From assembly GCF_018977255.1 (NCBI RefSeq), contig NW_024704752.1, forward strand, positions 8,804,001-8,868,000: 64,000 nt of DNA, given 5' to 3'. Positions 26,043-38,978 of the stretch are shown one piece after another; position 1 is the stretch's first letter; every line of letters begins with the position of its first letter. Source of the stretch: Callorhinchus milii (taxonomy: Eukaryota). The position numbers and the translations under genes are program-made. The notes below the pieces were generated by a model. That model saw only the letters and a list, made by a program, of their open reading frames with translations. It did not search any database and was not told the DNA's origin.

Positions 26043-26490
26043 ACAACAACAACAAGATTCCATTTATTGAGAGCCTTTCACGTCGGGAGGACGTCCCAAG
26101 GCGCTGTACAGTTGGGTCAGGACCCGAGCAGGGGGGAAATGGTCAGGGTGAGGGGAGGGAAGGGAGGGAGCGAGGAGGGGGTAGAGAGTCGAGAGTGGAG
26201 CTGAAGGCTCGGTCAAAGAGAAAGGTCTTGAGACTGGCCTTGAAGGAGGAAAGGGAGGAGGCAAGGCGAAGGCACTGGGAGATAGAGTTCCAGAGCCTCG
26301 GGGCTGAGAGGCTGAAGGCCCGGCCACCGATGGTAGGGCGGTTGGGGCGGGGGATGTGGAGCAGACCGGAGCCAGAGGAACGGAGGGTACGGGCAGGTAG
26401 GTAGGGGGATAGTAGGTCAGAGAGGTAGGAGGGAGCGAGGCCGTGAATGGCCTTGTAGGTGAGGATGAGGATCTTGAATTCGATTTGTTT
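26043..26490 (-). mobile_element. L2 LINE 3' end (ORF2 C-terminus, 3' UTR and (TTG)n tail)
   Basis: Minus strand reads RPTIGGRAFSLSAPRLWNSISQCLRLASSLSSFKASLKTFLFDRAF, a typical L2 ORF2 end; tail GGGACGTCCTCCCGACGTGAAAGGC..AAATGGAATC(TTG)n. Short tails of the same family at ~8895-8975, 34985-35047, 35660-35725, 46220-46285, 46860-46975. Confidence 0.85.
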
Positions 26491-27741
26491 AAGAAAAACA
26501 GCTTGATGCTGTGATGGGAAGACAGTAGGGTGGGATGGTCTGAAAGGATGAGATGAAATGGGACCATGAGCTATTCTTCTTGATGTAAACTGACCTTGTG
26601 GGATCCTTAAGATGTGTCTGACCGTGTCTCAGTCAGGTAATAAAGGAGGCGACACTGTAATAGAATCTGGAAGAACAAAGGCTCAATTTAGCAGTGAAGA
26701 AACCCCACACCAAATCCCGTGTTTTACACCTTTCGCCTGGTTTTCTTCTTAAAAAAAGCAAATTTTCACCATTTAAACTTATTGATGATGAGATTTCCTC
26801 TTTTCTTTCCTTGTGTGTCTCTGCCATGACCCAGAGGAGGGTAGGTTACTTGTAGCTGGGATCTAACCAAAGACATACAATGATCCTTGCATTTGATTAG
26901 CTCCTTATCGCGCTCTCAAAGCAGTTCACAGAGTATACTGTAAAGCAACCAATTGCGCACAGCAGTGTCCCACAAACTTCATGAATTGAGTGACCAAATT
27001 ATTATTATTTATATTTTTGAAGGGATTATTGAAGGGATCTGGCAATCGACTAACAACTGGGCTCCTACTTACTGCTCGGTAAAGAGGCATGTGGAGTAAG
27101 GGAACTTGCCTAAGGTTTCGCCCTGCCCGGGAATTGAACCCGGGTCCTCTCGTGCTCTAGTGCTCCAGCCAATACATTACATGACACCGCAAATGACACT
27201 TTGAAAGTGGTTGCTGGGAATTGGGTGAAATAATTCTGATGTCCCTTCAGCTTTCTCCACTCCACCGAGACCAAGAGCTCAACGTACGAGTCCGACACTA
27301 CCAGCTTTACCAACCTGTACTCGGCTGCATCATCGGTATAACGATTCTGTGATCAGAAAAACATTTAGGGTTTGTTATATTTGGCTGCTTCATTTTGATA
27401 ATTTTTAATACTGGGTTATATTTAACAAAAATGTTAGCCATCACATGCTCTGAACTGACCTTTCAGAAGCTGTTTTGCCAATGTTTGATGTTTCACTTGG
27501 TGCATTTTTATCAAGCTTTTATATTTGTTTTTACTTGTTTACTTTTCTCTTGGCCAAACGTTTGATCTGAACTCAAGCTGCGCTTAGATTAGGAGCAGGA
27601 ACACGAGACCTTATTCTGCTGCGGAGAGGATTCACCTGCTCTGTCTGCAGCTGGCATCAGAGCCTCCCATCTCTCTGAACATCTGCTGCCCCCCTATTTC
27701 TCCAGCCCGCTGAGATTCTGCCCCTACAGCAGTCAAACAGT

Positions 27742-30700
27742 ATGAAACTGCTCTCTGTGTTGGTACTTGGCACGCAGATCTTTCACTGCCTTTCTGCAGT
27801 GGCTCAAGGCCAACAGCCCTCCTACAGAGCACTCTCTTGCAACGCTTTGAGGGTAGTGGCTGCAGCAGATCTGGCAGTTGAGCAAATGAATGCTGAGCGA
27901 TCAGGAGGTTACAAGTATATCCTCAACAAGATCGAAAACGCTCAGGAGAAGAGGGGGGTGAGTAGCACTACAACAACAACTTGCATTTATACAGCGCCGT
28001 TCACTTACGATAACATTTCAGAGTACTTCACAGAAGTAGGGTTGGATGCTGAGCTAGGAGCAAGGTGGCCAAAAGCACGGTTGGAGAGGTAGGTTTTAAG
28101 CAACAGGGCATTACTCTGATACTTGTGGAACGTTACGTTATTTGGGGAATCACCACAAGGGAAAGTTACATTCAATTTTGTAACAACTGGACAAACAAGT
28201 TGCAAAACATCAATAAATCAAAGCAGGATCTATAAGCGGTTGCTTTCTGATTAGTGACTGTTGCTTTCACAACAATTCAGCTTTTAGCTCATTGAAACGT
28301 TAGGTGAAGAGGTCCAGTGAAGCATATCACCACTGATAAAAAGAGTGGCAGAGAAATAGAAGTCAAGAAGTTATATGATACCAAGCTTGGCTTTCAAAAG
28401 CTAGTAGTTGCAGGAGGATTTGAAGACTGCAGCAGGTGAAGACTTCTCCAGTTTAATGTTCCATAAAAGAGGAAAGTAAAGCAATATATTACCAGAATAT
28501 GAATTATTGAGCAGAATAGGATGGTCTAAGTCTCTGGGGTGGATCACAGCGCCTTATCACCTCTTCGAGACATCTCAAAGCGCTGCACAGAATATACTGT
28601 AAAGTGAATCTTCCTTTTCCTTTCAGAAAGGCGGGTCATCCTCCTTGTTCTTAGAATTTGAGGTGCTGGAGACTCGGTGCCACTCACTGAATCCCAAACC
28701 TGCATCGGAATGCCAAATCAGGTCGGGCCGTGAAGCTGTAAGTCTCCTCCGTGTCACCTTGCCTGGAAATTCTCACTTTAATACAGCTTAGAATTATTGC
28801 AAACCTATGTCAGTGAAGAGTGCAGCTCAATGCAGACACGTTACTATATGACTAAGTTCACGCTCAAAACAGAGCCACCACAATCAATTGAGTTTTGGGC
28901 TTAGAAATAATATGCTTTTTTATCCACCGATTCTGGGAAGCACAGGAGGGGTACATAACTTACTGCGGGTTAGTTTTTATATAATTGTACAATATCCTGC
29001 TGGTACAAATCTGATCTAACAATTTCCTCACACGTGTATTGAAATGTTCGCTCAATTCCATCTTCATAATAATAATATTACTTACATTTGATATAGGGCC
29101 TTATCACGTCATTGAAACGTTTCAATGCGCTTCATAGAATATAATGTAAAGTGGAGTGACTGTGGGCAAAAAACGGCAGCCAAATGTACACAGCATTTTT
29201 TTAAAAAAAGAGAATATTACACCTGGAAAGCGATCCGCCAATCAACTAACTACCAGATTGCTACTTACTGCTAGGTAAACAGAGGCATGTGGAGTAAGGA
29301 AACTTGATTAGGGTTTCGCCCTCTCCGGGAAACCAACCCAGGTCCTCTGCCTCTCTTATATGTGAATCTGTGTCTCTTATTTCAGAATTCTGGGGACTGC
29401 AAAGTGAAATTGCAGATGAATTCAACAAGAAAGGTTCATGTTCAGAGCTACAGGTGCTTAATCTCCCCAGGTAGGCCAGTATTCTGTATATATAATTAGC
29501 ACAATAGGCAAGAGTTATGATAAAGAACACCAGGAGACTAACTCCCTAGTTTGGTGATGTCAAGACTAGAGCGACTTTCTATGCTTTAAGTGTATTACCT
29601 TATTAAGTGGATTGCCATTCAATCTGCTCCTCTGTCCTCAGCACACGTCTCTCGATTGTAATTCTTTAGTGCATCTCCCACTCTGTTTCTATATATTTTC
29701 TTTCTCCCCACCTCTGATCCTTCAGCGTGGTTTTATACTTTTATTTACAAAACTGTACTTTCTGAATAAGTTTTTTTAATATGCAGTAATATCCTGTTTT
29801 TGTTGTCAAGTGATTGAGGGGGACAAAGAGCTTCGGTCAGGCTATTACTTTTGATGTGTAAAGGCTGAGAGCTCAAATGGCCTCCAACAGAATATACTTT
29901 CTGCGTGTGCTTTTTTCAAGATTCGGATGATATGATTTTAAGAAGATGTCCAGGCTGCCCCTATCGAATACCTTTGAACAACACAGACGCCACACATTCT
30001 GTCATGATCGCATTGCAAAAATATAACAGGAAAAGCAACAGGACAAACTATTTTGCCTTGCATGAAATAACAAAAGCTTCCTCTCAGGTATGTCTTAAAC
30101 TGAACATAAACTTCATAGAAAATAGTTTAACAGAATTTTGTTCCTCTTATTTTCCGACACCTGTGAGCAATTGACCTTACACAGACTCCTTGATGCTCAA
30201 TTCCTAAATGCTTTGAACTGAATGACCCATTCAGATTTCAGATCTGATGCTGTGATTTGTACTATTTTACCTTACCTTAGTTGGATAATGGTAGGAATGT
30301 TACAAGCGAGCTTGATTATGCAAAGCATTATGTGTGATTTTATTTCAGATTGTTGCTGGGAAAAATGTATTTGTTGAATTTGCGATCCAAGAGACTGCAT
30401 GCAGTAAAGCTTCCCAGCGTCCAGACTGTCAGGCAGGGTTGGGAGCATTGAAGTCTACTGTAAGTGTGGAAATTTTGGATCAATGGGAACAATATGAAAG
30501 GGTATGGGAAATTGAGATTGGAGGAGGTAATTCCAGTGGGGTAACTAGCACCAGCACAGGCTCAATGGGTTGATTTTTTGATCCAGTGTTTGCAATTTCT
30601 ATCCAAGATGCAAACTTGCAATATCTTCTTCCCTGACCCACACTGGCTTCGATCAATTGAGGTTATTTTGCACAAAATTGTTCTTATTTAACAGAACATC

Positions 30701-32095
30701 TCAAAAAAACGAGGGTGATCCTTTCACAAATGATACATCAGATTTGGTTACTGAATAGTTCCCAATCAGCATCGCATTCCTACCATGCAATTCCGTGTTT
30801 GTAATGTCTCCATCTATATTAACCAAAGAAACCCACAGAGGCAGCAACTATCATTCAAAGATATTCCGGGTAGAGAGCTATTTTCTTTGCTCTGATTTGA
30901 CCTCTGCCTTTCTTTCTGTCCAGCACACGGGCTTGTGTACCGCCTCTGTCTATATGCCCATTTTTGGGAAAGAGAAGATTGAAGTGAACTGTGAACTCTA
31001 TGAACCGCAGGTAACATATCACTTTTAGACCCAAATGTTTTTAACTTTCAAGAACTATTTCATTGGCAGAACTTGCACCATTGCTTCTCAGAATTTTTTT
31101 TCTGAGCTCCAAATATCATGTTCCACATACTCTTACTTACGTCTCACCTGCTGAAAATAAAACTCATCGCATTCAACAACAACTTGCATTTACATAAGCC
31201 CTTCACGCATGATAGCGGCTCAGAGCGCATTCATTTGTTTACGACCCTCTAGATTCTGGGTTCCCCAAATGGTTTAGTGGTTAAAGGTGCCACCTGCCAT
31301 AGCACTAAAATATCTGGACCAGAAGATCAGAAGAAGATTTGAATGCTGCTTTGTGCTGAATGAGCTGGTCTCGGTTGCGGCAGCAGTTAAGATGTCAAAC
31401 GTGGTGTTAACACAGCGTTGCTTGTCGTTATGCTTGCCCAGTGTCCTTACTGAAATGTTCTTTGAGGAGATAATGAGATTCAGCACTGACACACTCCTCA
31501 GTCGAACAGCCTGCCAACACTGACATAACAAATTAGCCACTTGGAGAACTAACCAGCAGTCGTCAGCACTTTCATGAGAGAGAAAGGAAAGAAAATTGGC
31601 AAAGAGAGACCTTTGAAACCCCTCACTTTGCAGTCTATGTTTCCATATATTACACACGGTATCATAAAACCTCACCTTGGAGCCTTCTAATCACCGCTGG
31701 TGTCCTGCAAACCTAACTCTCATTTTGTTAAAATCCATGAAGATGTTGACATGGTCTTTCTAATACCGTAGGTGGTGGCCAATACAAGGAAGAGTGTGAA
31801 TAAAGGAGGGATCAAGAGAGGTCGTGCTAAAGAAAAGGGACGTGTCTCAAGGAGCAGGCGGCAATCACCTTCACATAAAGGCCAGCCACATGTCAAGAAG
31901 CAGCCAAGTGGCAGAGCTGCAACTACAAGGAGAATTGAATCATCCGAGGAGGTTCAAGGGTCTTTTGGCTTTGTTATCGGTACTGGAGGTACAAATGGGA
32001 ACTCCCAATCTCAAACATTCCCAATACTGCCCCCGCCTCGAACAGCCTGCCCAGGGAGGGCCCGTTACACTAGACCAGGCTTCCAGCCTATCTGA
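27742..32095 (+). CDS. Fetuin-A-like paralog with basic C-terminal region, 7 coding exons, 366 aa (gene 2)
   Basis: Exons 27742-27957, 28627-28737, 29386-29470, 29921-30087, 30349-30459, 30924-31010, 31772-32095; open frame (1101 nt). Signal peptide, two cystatin domains (FEVLETRCHSLNPKPASEC; CPGCP; Q|IVAG), terminal CPGRARY. AATAAA near 32272 and 32293. Confidence 0.88.
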
Positions 32096-35000
32096 TCTTG
32101 TTTTGTGATGCCTCCCAAGAGAAGTGAGCCAATCAATTCCTCCTGATAAGAAAACAATCTGCATTGACGCAAAAACAGCGCGGAATTCAGAGACGAGTCA
32201 TTTCATGTGGACTGAACCAAGCTGAAAGCAAAGTCTGTAAATGATGCCTGCGTTTGATTAATTAAAGTTAAAATAAAAAAAACTACAGATGCAATAAAGT
32301 GTCTAATCTCAGAGTTGCTAGTGCACCAACTGTTAGACTTAGCACTAATATTCTTACTCTATGCCTACCCTCATTACAAGGCTTTCAGGTATAAGGCGAC
32401 CTTTGTCAGAGAGGAGGTGGGTTTTGAATCTGAAGCCTGAGTTGATTGCAATGCAGATCCATGACATTTGGGGAGCAAATGCGCAAATACTCAATCAAAG
32501 ATTTACAGAACTCTAGTCAGTTGTTGCTGAAATGTATCCTTAAATAGCAATAAAGTACCTCTGTGTTGTTACATCTTTCAAAACACCAGAAATGAATTCA
32601 GAGGAAAGATCAAACATCAGCATTCAAAGATAACTCCACAGATTACAGTATTTCGAAACAATTGCACATAAGGATAGAGAGAGCAAACTCGCCCCCTTTT
32701 GGGAAAGTAAGGGACTTCAGATGGTATCCAGATGCAAACAGCTGATATTTATTACTGAGATATTGTCTGAATTTCCACAGGGTAATTTTCCCCGAGTGGT
32801 AATGTAACATTCAGACTGATGATACACCCGAGGAAATGTTGTCTCACTGAGCGGACTAGTTTTCTACGTTTTCAGCTCATGCACTGAGATGCTGAAACAA
32901 AGACCAATAACTGAAATATTTACAATAGCTTTATTTCTATAATATCTACTGAAACCACTCAAATAAGTACCTTAAACACAATACAAAAGCGTGATGTTTT
33001 CTTCCTTATTCTTTTCTCTTCCTATTCTCTCTTTGCTCTATTTTAATCTACAATTGATATTGATCGGCAAGAGCTCTTTGTTCCTTCTTACTGACTTGGG
33101 ATTCTGAGGCCAACCTACTGCAGCCTGACTGACATCAGCTAAACAGCACAGTTCAATGCATCATATTTCATTGAGCTACTGGCTTATAAAACTCCAGTGT
33201 ACAAATCAAATTGGAATCTGAACATTGTACGCATGTAGAAGCTTATCTGAAGGGAACCTGGAAAATCATAGATACTATAGCATTGGAGGAACTTGACCTC
33301 CGAGACTAGAAGGTCCACACATGTAATGGCAACACAAGTAATGGTCTTCAGCGGTCCAAGACACTACGAGTGAAAGGTACTATATAAATTCAAAATGTTG
33401 TTGTTGTTGACCTCTTGAGCCTAAGCTGTCACCTTAACTGCTTGATACAGTACCCAACTACTTTCTCCCAATTCCCTGCTCTTTTTGCTTCCCATGCTCT
33501 TGTATATTATTTCAGAAAATCATTCAACATAAGAACATAAGAATTTGTCAGGCGAAAGAAGACCAAGGCCCATCTCGTTTGCCTTCCATTATCCTGGCAG
33601 TCGCTTGACACGTCATGTCCCAAACTATATATTGTATATCCTGAGATATTAGTCTCTAACAGAAATCTATCTGATTTGTTCTTGAAACAAACAACACTTT
33701 CTGCTTCCACCGTCTTCCTTCAAAACTATACAAGCACAATCATTATTTCATAAGGACCACCAAAATATATAGTAAAAAGGTTGATGGTGGGTAGGCTCCA
33801 AATTCCTATTACATGTCTGGACCTTCTAGTCTACTAATAAGAGATAAAGACAGACGGATCAATCCAGTCACAGAGTGAACTTTTCCTTGATAATTCTTTC
33901 CAGTCAATCCATCCAGACAAGTAATGGGGGAGCACTGCCACCTGGTGCCAAAATAATAGTATGCATTAATCTACCACAAACTGAGGTTAGGGGTTCATTG
34001 AAAACTCCACTGGAGTCTCAGTTACAGAATTTCCTAAGTGTCAAATCAAGCTCAGGTATTCAATATCTTCTGGGGGCAAGTGTATAGCTTTTTGAAATCA
34101 ATAATTGTCAGTTTCAGTTTCACCAATTCTTTAAAATATCCAACTCATTATTTTTAATTTATTCGTGCATTTGTTGTATTCAGATCACCAGTTTTTGCTT
34201 CAATTATTATCAGTCAAAATAACCTTCGACATAGAAATAATAATAATACTAGAGGGTGACGAAAAAGTCGTGAAGCTACCCTATTATCTAAAAAATATTT
34301 CAACATTTCTTTAATACTTATTAGACATCGTAATGGTATCACAACCTTTTGGTCACCCTGTTATAATAATAGTCCTTGCATTTGTTGTAGAAACCTTTCA
34401 TGTCAGGAGGAGGTTTCAAAGCACTTCAAAGGATTTAGGCATTTGTAGGAGAACATGGTAGCCAATTTTCACAAAGCAATATCCCACAAACAGCGATAAA
34501 ATGAATGAACAATTTCCTATGAACAGCAGCATTAACTTCCGACCGATTTGCAAATGTCAAACAGGTCACTTCCACCGAAACTTTAGGATTTGTTTGAGAA
34601 TATCCATTGCTCCAACAGGTAGTCTGATGCTTGGTAATTAAGATGGGGGGAGTAAAAATTGGTAAGTTTGCATGACTATCCTGAAATTATCACTGAAACA
34701 GCCTCAACTACCGCACAAAGGACAATTCTGTTCTCTGATATTAATGTGTCTCTTTTGCCGTATCTGGCCGAGTCTGCAATCTCTGCAGAAAAACTGTCAA
34801 CAACAGCATTTTCAGGATGACCTTCATCTGATCTGGATAAAGTCATATGGAGTTCTTATTTTTTGCTGATTTGGGTTAGGTAGATTAGGCCCCATTATCT
34901 CCCTTTACGGTTGACATTCAGTTACGTTGGAAATTTGTTAGTAGTTCATGTTAGAGAAAAATCAAGAGGAATATTAGAAATTACAACAAGACAACAACAA

Positions 35001-35109
35001 CAAGATTCCATTTATAGAGCGCCTTTCACGTCGGGAGGACGTCCCGACATACATATAATCTGTGTTTATGGTTCTTTGGGGCTCTAACTGCAGGAACCAA
35101 GTCTTCGTC

Positions 35110-37459
35110 ATGAATCTGTTAGCTGTGTTTCTGACCTGTGCTCAGCTTGTTAATCCTCATGTTCTTGCTTATCGACAACTCAGTATTTTTGGAGCAATTC
35201 CTTGTGATGCAGTGGGAGCAGTGACAGCTGCTGACCTGTTCGATTGGTCACATTAACAGTGCTCGAAGGGAAGGGTATAGTACAGTCTGAACAGAGTCAA
35301 CAATGCCCAAGAAAAACAGGTGAGTTGAAGACTCGGGTTCATGTTAAGAAATCACAATAAAAACTCTTTACCCAACTTGTATTGAAGTGGGGTCCAATTC
35401 TGATTCATTTAAAATTTACAGTTGAAAGTGCTCCTTTGGTGTTCAGACATATCTTAATAATAATAATTTAGTCACTCAATTTGTGGGACACTGCTGTGCA
35501 CAATTGGCTGCCGCGATTCTCCACAAATATACAGTCGCTTCACTTTACAGTATATTCTGTGAAGCGTTTTGAGACGTCGAGAAGACGTTAAAAGCGCTAT
35601 ATAAAATACAAGGATTATTATTACTATTATTATGCTTGGTGGTAAATTAAGTGAGCAACGACAACAACAAAAGTACATTTGTACAGTGCCTTTCATGTCG
35701 GGAGGACGTCCCAAGGCGCTGGACAGATAGAGTTTCGGACAGCCTCACTAACGCATAACACAAAGCCATATGAATGAAGAAGACTTGACACAGAGTATCG
35801 TTGAGAAGTTAAGATGAACTGTTGCCTGCAACAAACTGTAACAAACTGTGCCATGTTCCACAGGTCTCGAAATGGCTTGCAGTATAACTAAATGTACATG
35901 ATTACAGTAGAACATTGTAAAGTAACGGTTTATGTCTTTCCACTTGCTTTGCAGTAGCACAAATATTTATTAATTAACCCATTAATCGTATCTGAGTAAA
36001 ATACTGAGTAAGTATCTGCTTTAGGGAGAGTACTACAGGATTATAGGGATAAATGCAGAATAAGATGACTAAATACTCTTTGGTACAGTGAACTGCAATG
36101 GCGTAGTATCAGATGCCTACCATGAGAGGAAGAGTAAAGCATTCATTCAAGCCCAGTTACAGTACCATGGGTTACTCCATTTTAATTGATTTGGCAATGT
36201 CCAGAGCGGAAATTCACAAGAGAAGTTCGGATGAGGAAGAGCCTTCATCCAATTTGATCTCATCCTTACAGAATACTTACCCTGTTGTCCTCCCATTATA
36301 AGCATCTTGATAGGACTGCTTTAATCTCCGACTGCCAACAGCTTCAGGGCAAGGAATATCTCCCTGGAGTGGATAGTTTTAATAATTTTAACGCGTGAAA
36401 TACGGCAGTGGAACAGAAATAGTGTTAGTTCTGTCATATTAACTCTAAGCTATAGAAACACAATATTTTGCAAACATCAATCATATTACAGCAACAAAGT
36501 ATCTCCTGATGCATGCATGAGTTAAAGTTATTGCTGTATTATTGGTAAATATTTCTTATCATGAGCTGAAATCTTCAAACAAAAATAATAAGCAGAGTTC
36601 CCTGTAGCGCCTCAAGGGTTAATTGCTCAAAAGGTGTGAAAGTGTAGAGAAATTAAATTTAGAATTTGCCCACAAAAATGTAATCAAATCACTTCATAGT
36701 ATACTCGGTGAAGCTCTTTCAGACGTCTCGAAGACGTGATGAGGGGCTATGTCAAATGCAAGGATTATTATTATTGATTATATATCATAATTAATTTTGA
36801 GATTTCATATTTAATACAATATACACACTTATATTCTTCTTTTACAGCTTCTAGGTTCTGTGAGGCTTCTCTCAAATCTGTGGGTCTTGATGAAATCATT
36901 GACGTAACCTGTGAGATATGCAACAAAGGTTAGTGCAAATTTTTCTTTCTGCTCATTCAATCCTCTAAACTGGGAGGAATCCCAGTTCTTAAATATTCAT
37001 TCTTGATTTGTCCTAACACTGTTTCACTTTCCTCTAACCTTCAGTGCCACTGTTCTCCCTTTCCACATCGCCTGCTGTGTGCTATTCTTTCTTACCCTTT
37101 TGCTAGATTTGATTTTGTGTTACATTCGGTCACAGAGGGTGACAGCCAAAGGATTAAGTGGCCAAATGGATTATGAATACAATAATCTGGGCCAAAGGCA
37201 GATGTTTATGGCAAAGAGGAAGAGATCAGTTTCAGGCTCTGAATTCCGAAAGCCAAGGAGGCCCAGAAAAGAGGACACATCATCATCATCATCATCATCG
37301 GAATCTTCAGAAGAAGACGGTGACATGAGGTCCAGTAACACATTATCGCAGTTTCCCAAATCTTCGTCCACACGCTCTAACCTGCCCAGAGCAGTGAGTT
37401 TGAATGAGAGAGAGATTATATCCATACAACACCAATCAACTACCAACACACAATGCTGA
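35110..37459 (+). pseudogene. Fetuin-A-like pseudogene retaining only exons 1, 6 and 7 (gene 3)
   Basis: Exon 1 35110-35319 (MNLLAVFLTCAQL..AIPCDA..AADL / SIGHINSARREGY / YSLNRVNNAQEKQ|gtgagt) has +1 (~35239) and -1 (~35279) shifts, with TAA at 35254 and TAG at 35278 in the ATG frame. Exon-6-like 36848-36928 (FCEASLKSVGLDEIIDVTCEI) is out of frame with its acceptor. Exon 7 starts at 37136 (KRKRS...SSSSSSSESSEE...FPK) with the terminal CP shifted out of frame. No exon 2-5 remnants seen in 35320-36847. Confidence 0.8.
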
Positions 37460-38651
37460 AACATATGCCAGTAAGATGAATGATAATAAAATAAAATGAC
37501 AATAGAAATGACTGTTTTAATCAGGATATAACATGTCACTCAATAACAATTATCCAGTGTCTGAATAATCTCTCTACCTCAATGAATATTCTTAAGAAAA
37601 AATAACGAGAAGCAACCCTTTTCTATACAGGCCTTTTTTTTTATTCTTACTAAAATCTGTTCATTTTAATAAACTTGAGAGACAACAGCTCAGTATATGT
37701 GGGCAAAACAGATACAACCTTATTATAGCATTATAGAAGATGAAAATACCAACCAAAATTAAATGGGGTCCGACAGAAGTTTGATGAGTGTAAATATTGA
37801 GTGTAATCTGAAGCTTTAAACATACTCACATGCCTTCCCTTAAAATTTCTAAAGATTCCAAATTGGTTAACAATTTTCGGTGAGTAACAAACAAGATATC
37901 AAACTATACTGTGGCTAATGAAGAACGTACTTTCTGGTAATAAAAGCTTACATGTTAGACTATAAAGCAGTAAAGAAATTAATTCAGTGAAACTCTTTTA
38001 GTGAAAGCCTATAAAAAGAAACACATTATTACTGGAAATGAACATTGTGTTCTACTTCATACACGTTCAAACCGCATTTTGGGTTATGAACATAGCTGGG
38101 CTGTGTAGTTCTTGGCGAACTGTTTATAATGCAAATAGCTGCTTGATTATTTTTCTTTCTTAGATAACTTCATGCTGCCCATCTAGAGAATGGCCCAGTT
38201 TCAAAGCAATATAGCATGTGGTAAAACAACAGGCACGATAGCTCAGTATTCGTTCACTCGCTCAGCTAAGCCAGGAATGAAAATAATTGTGTCAGATGAT
38301 GGATTCCTTATTTAAAATGAAACAATGACCCTTTCTAACTCAGTACAACGTCTCCAAGAACTTTCTGTGGTATAAGTACCTTCTACTTAGACAGATTTGT
38401 AAACACTTTGCCACAGCTTCATCGTATCATGCCACGAAAAGGAATATTTAACACAAAATTACAGAACATGTTTATTCCCACAATCCTCCTCACATCAAGT
38501 GAAACAATCTTACATTGCTACCACCACCGCCAATTGCGCACAGCGGTGTCCCACAAACAGTTGTGGATTAAGTGACCAAGTTACTAAATTTTTTTTGAAA
38601 ATTATTCATTTATTTTTTGAAGGTAGTATTACTCCCTCCCAGAAAAGCAAT

Positions 38652-38978
38652 GGAGTCCTGTAGCTCAGTGGTTAGAACACTCGCTTTGCAAGTCAGAGAC
38701 CTGAGTTCAATTCCAGGCAGAGGGCGAAATCTTGGGCAAGTTTCCTTACTCCACACAGAGCCTGATAATAATCCCCCCAAAACCAAAACCAATAATAAAT
38801 TGGTCATTTTCAATCTACGACTGTTTGTGGGACATTGCTGTGCGCAATTGGCTGCCGCGTTCGCCCACAAATATACAGTCAATTCACTTTACAGTGTGTT
38901 CTGTGAAGCGCTTTGGGACATCTTCCCGACATGAAAAGCGCTATATCAAATGCAAGGATTATTATTATTATTATTATT
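38652..38978 (+). mobile_element. Young SINE subfamily A nested within a minus-strand subfamily B SINE (38531-39127)
   Basis: Nearly identical to the 54045-54369 copy; its flanks rejoin to give the subfamily-B sequence GAAAAGCAAT|TCATCAATCGACTAACAACCGGG. Confidence 0.9.

Noticed and set aside
26064-26567. 167-aa Pro/Ser-rich ORF
   Set aside because: An alternative frame of the L2 LINE 3' fragment.
36281-36363. Antisense exon-like segment (CAG|GDIPCPEAVGSRRLKQSYQDAYNGRTT|GTAAGT)
   Set aside because: Good donor but weak acceptor, no partner exons and no recognisable homology.
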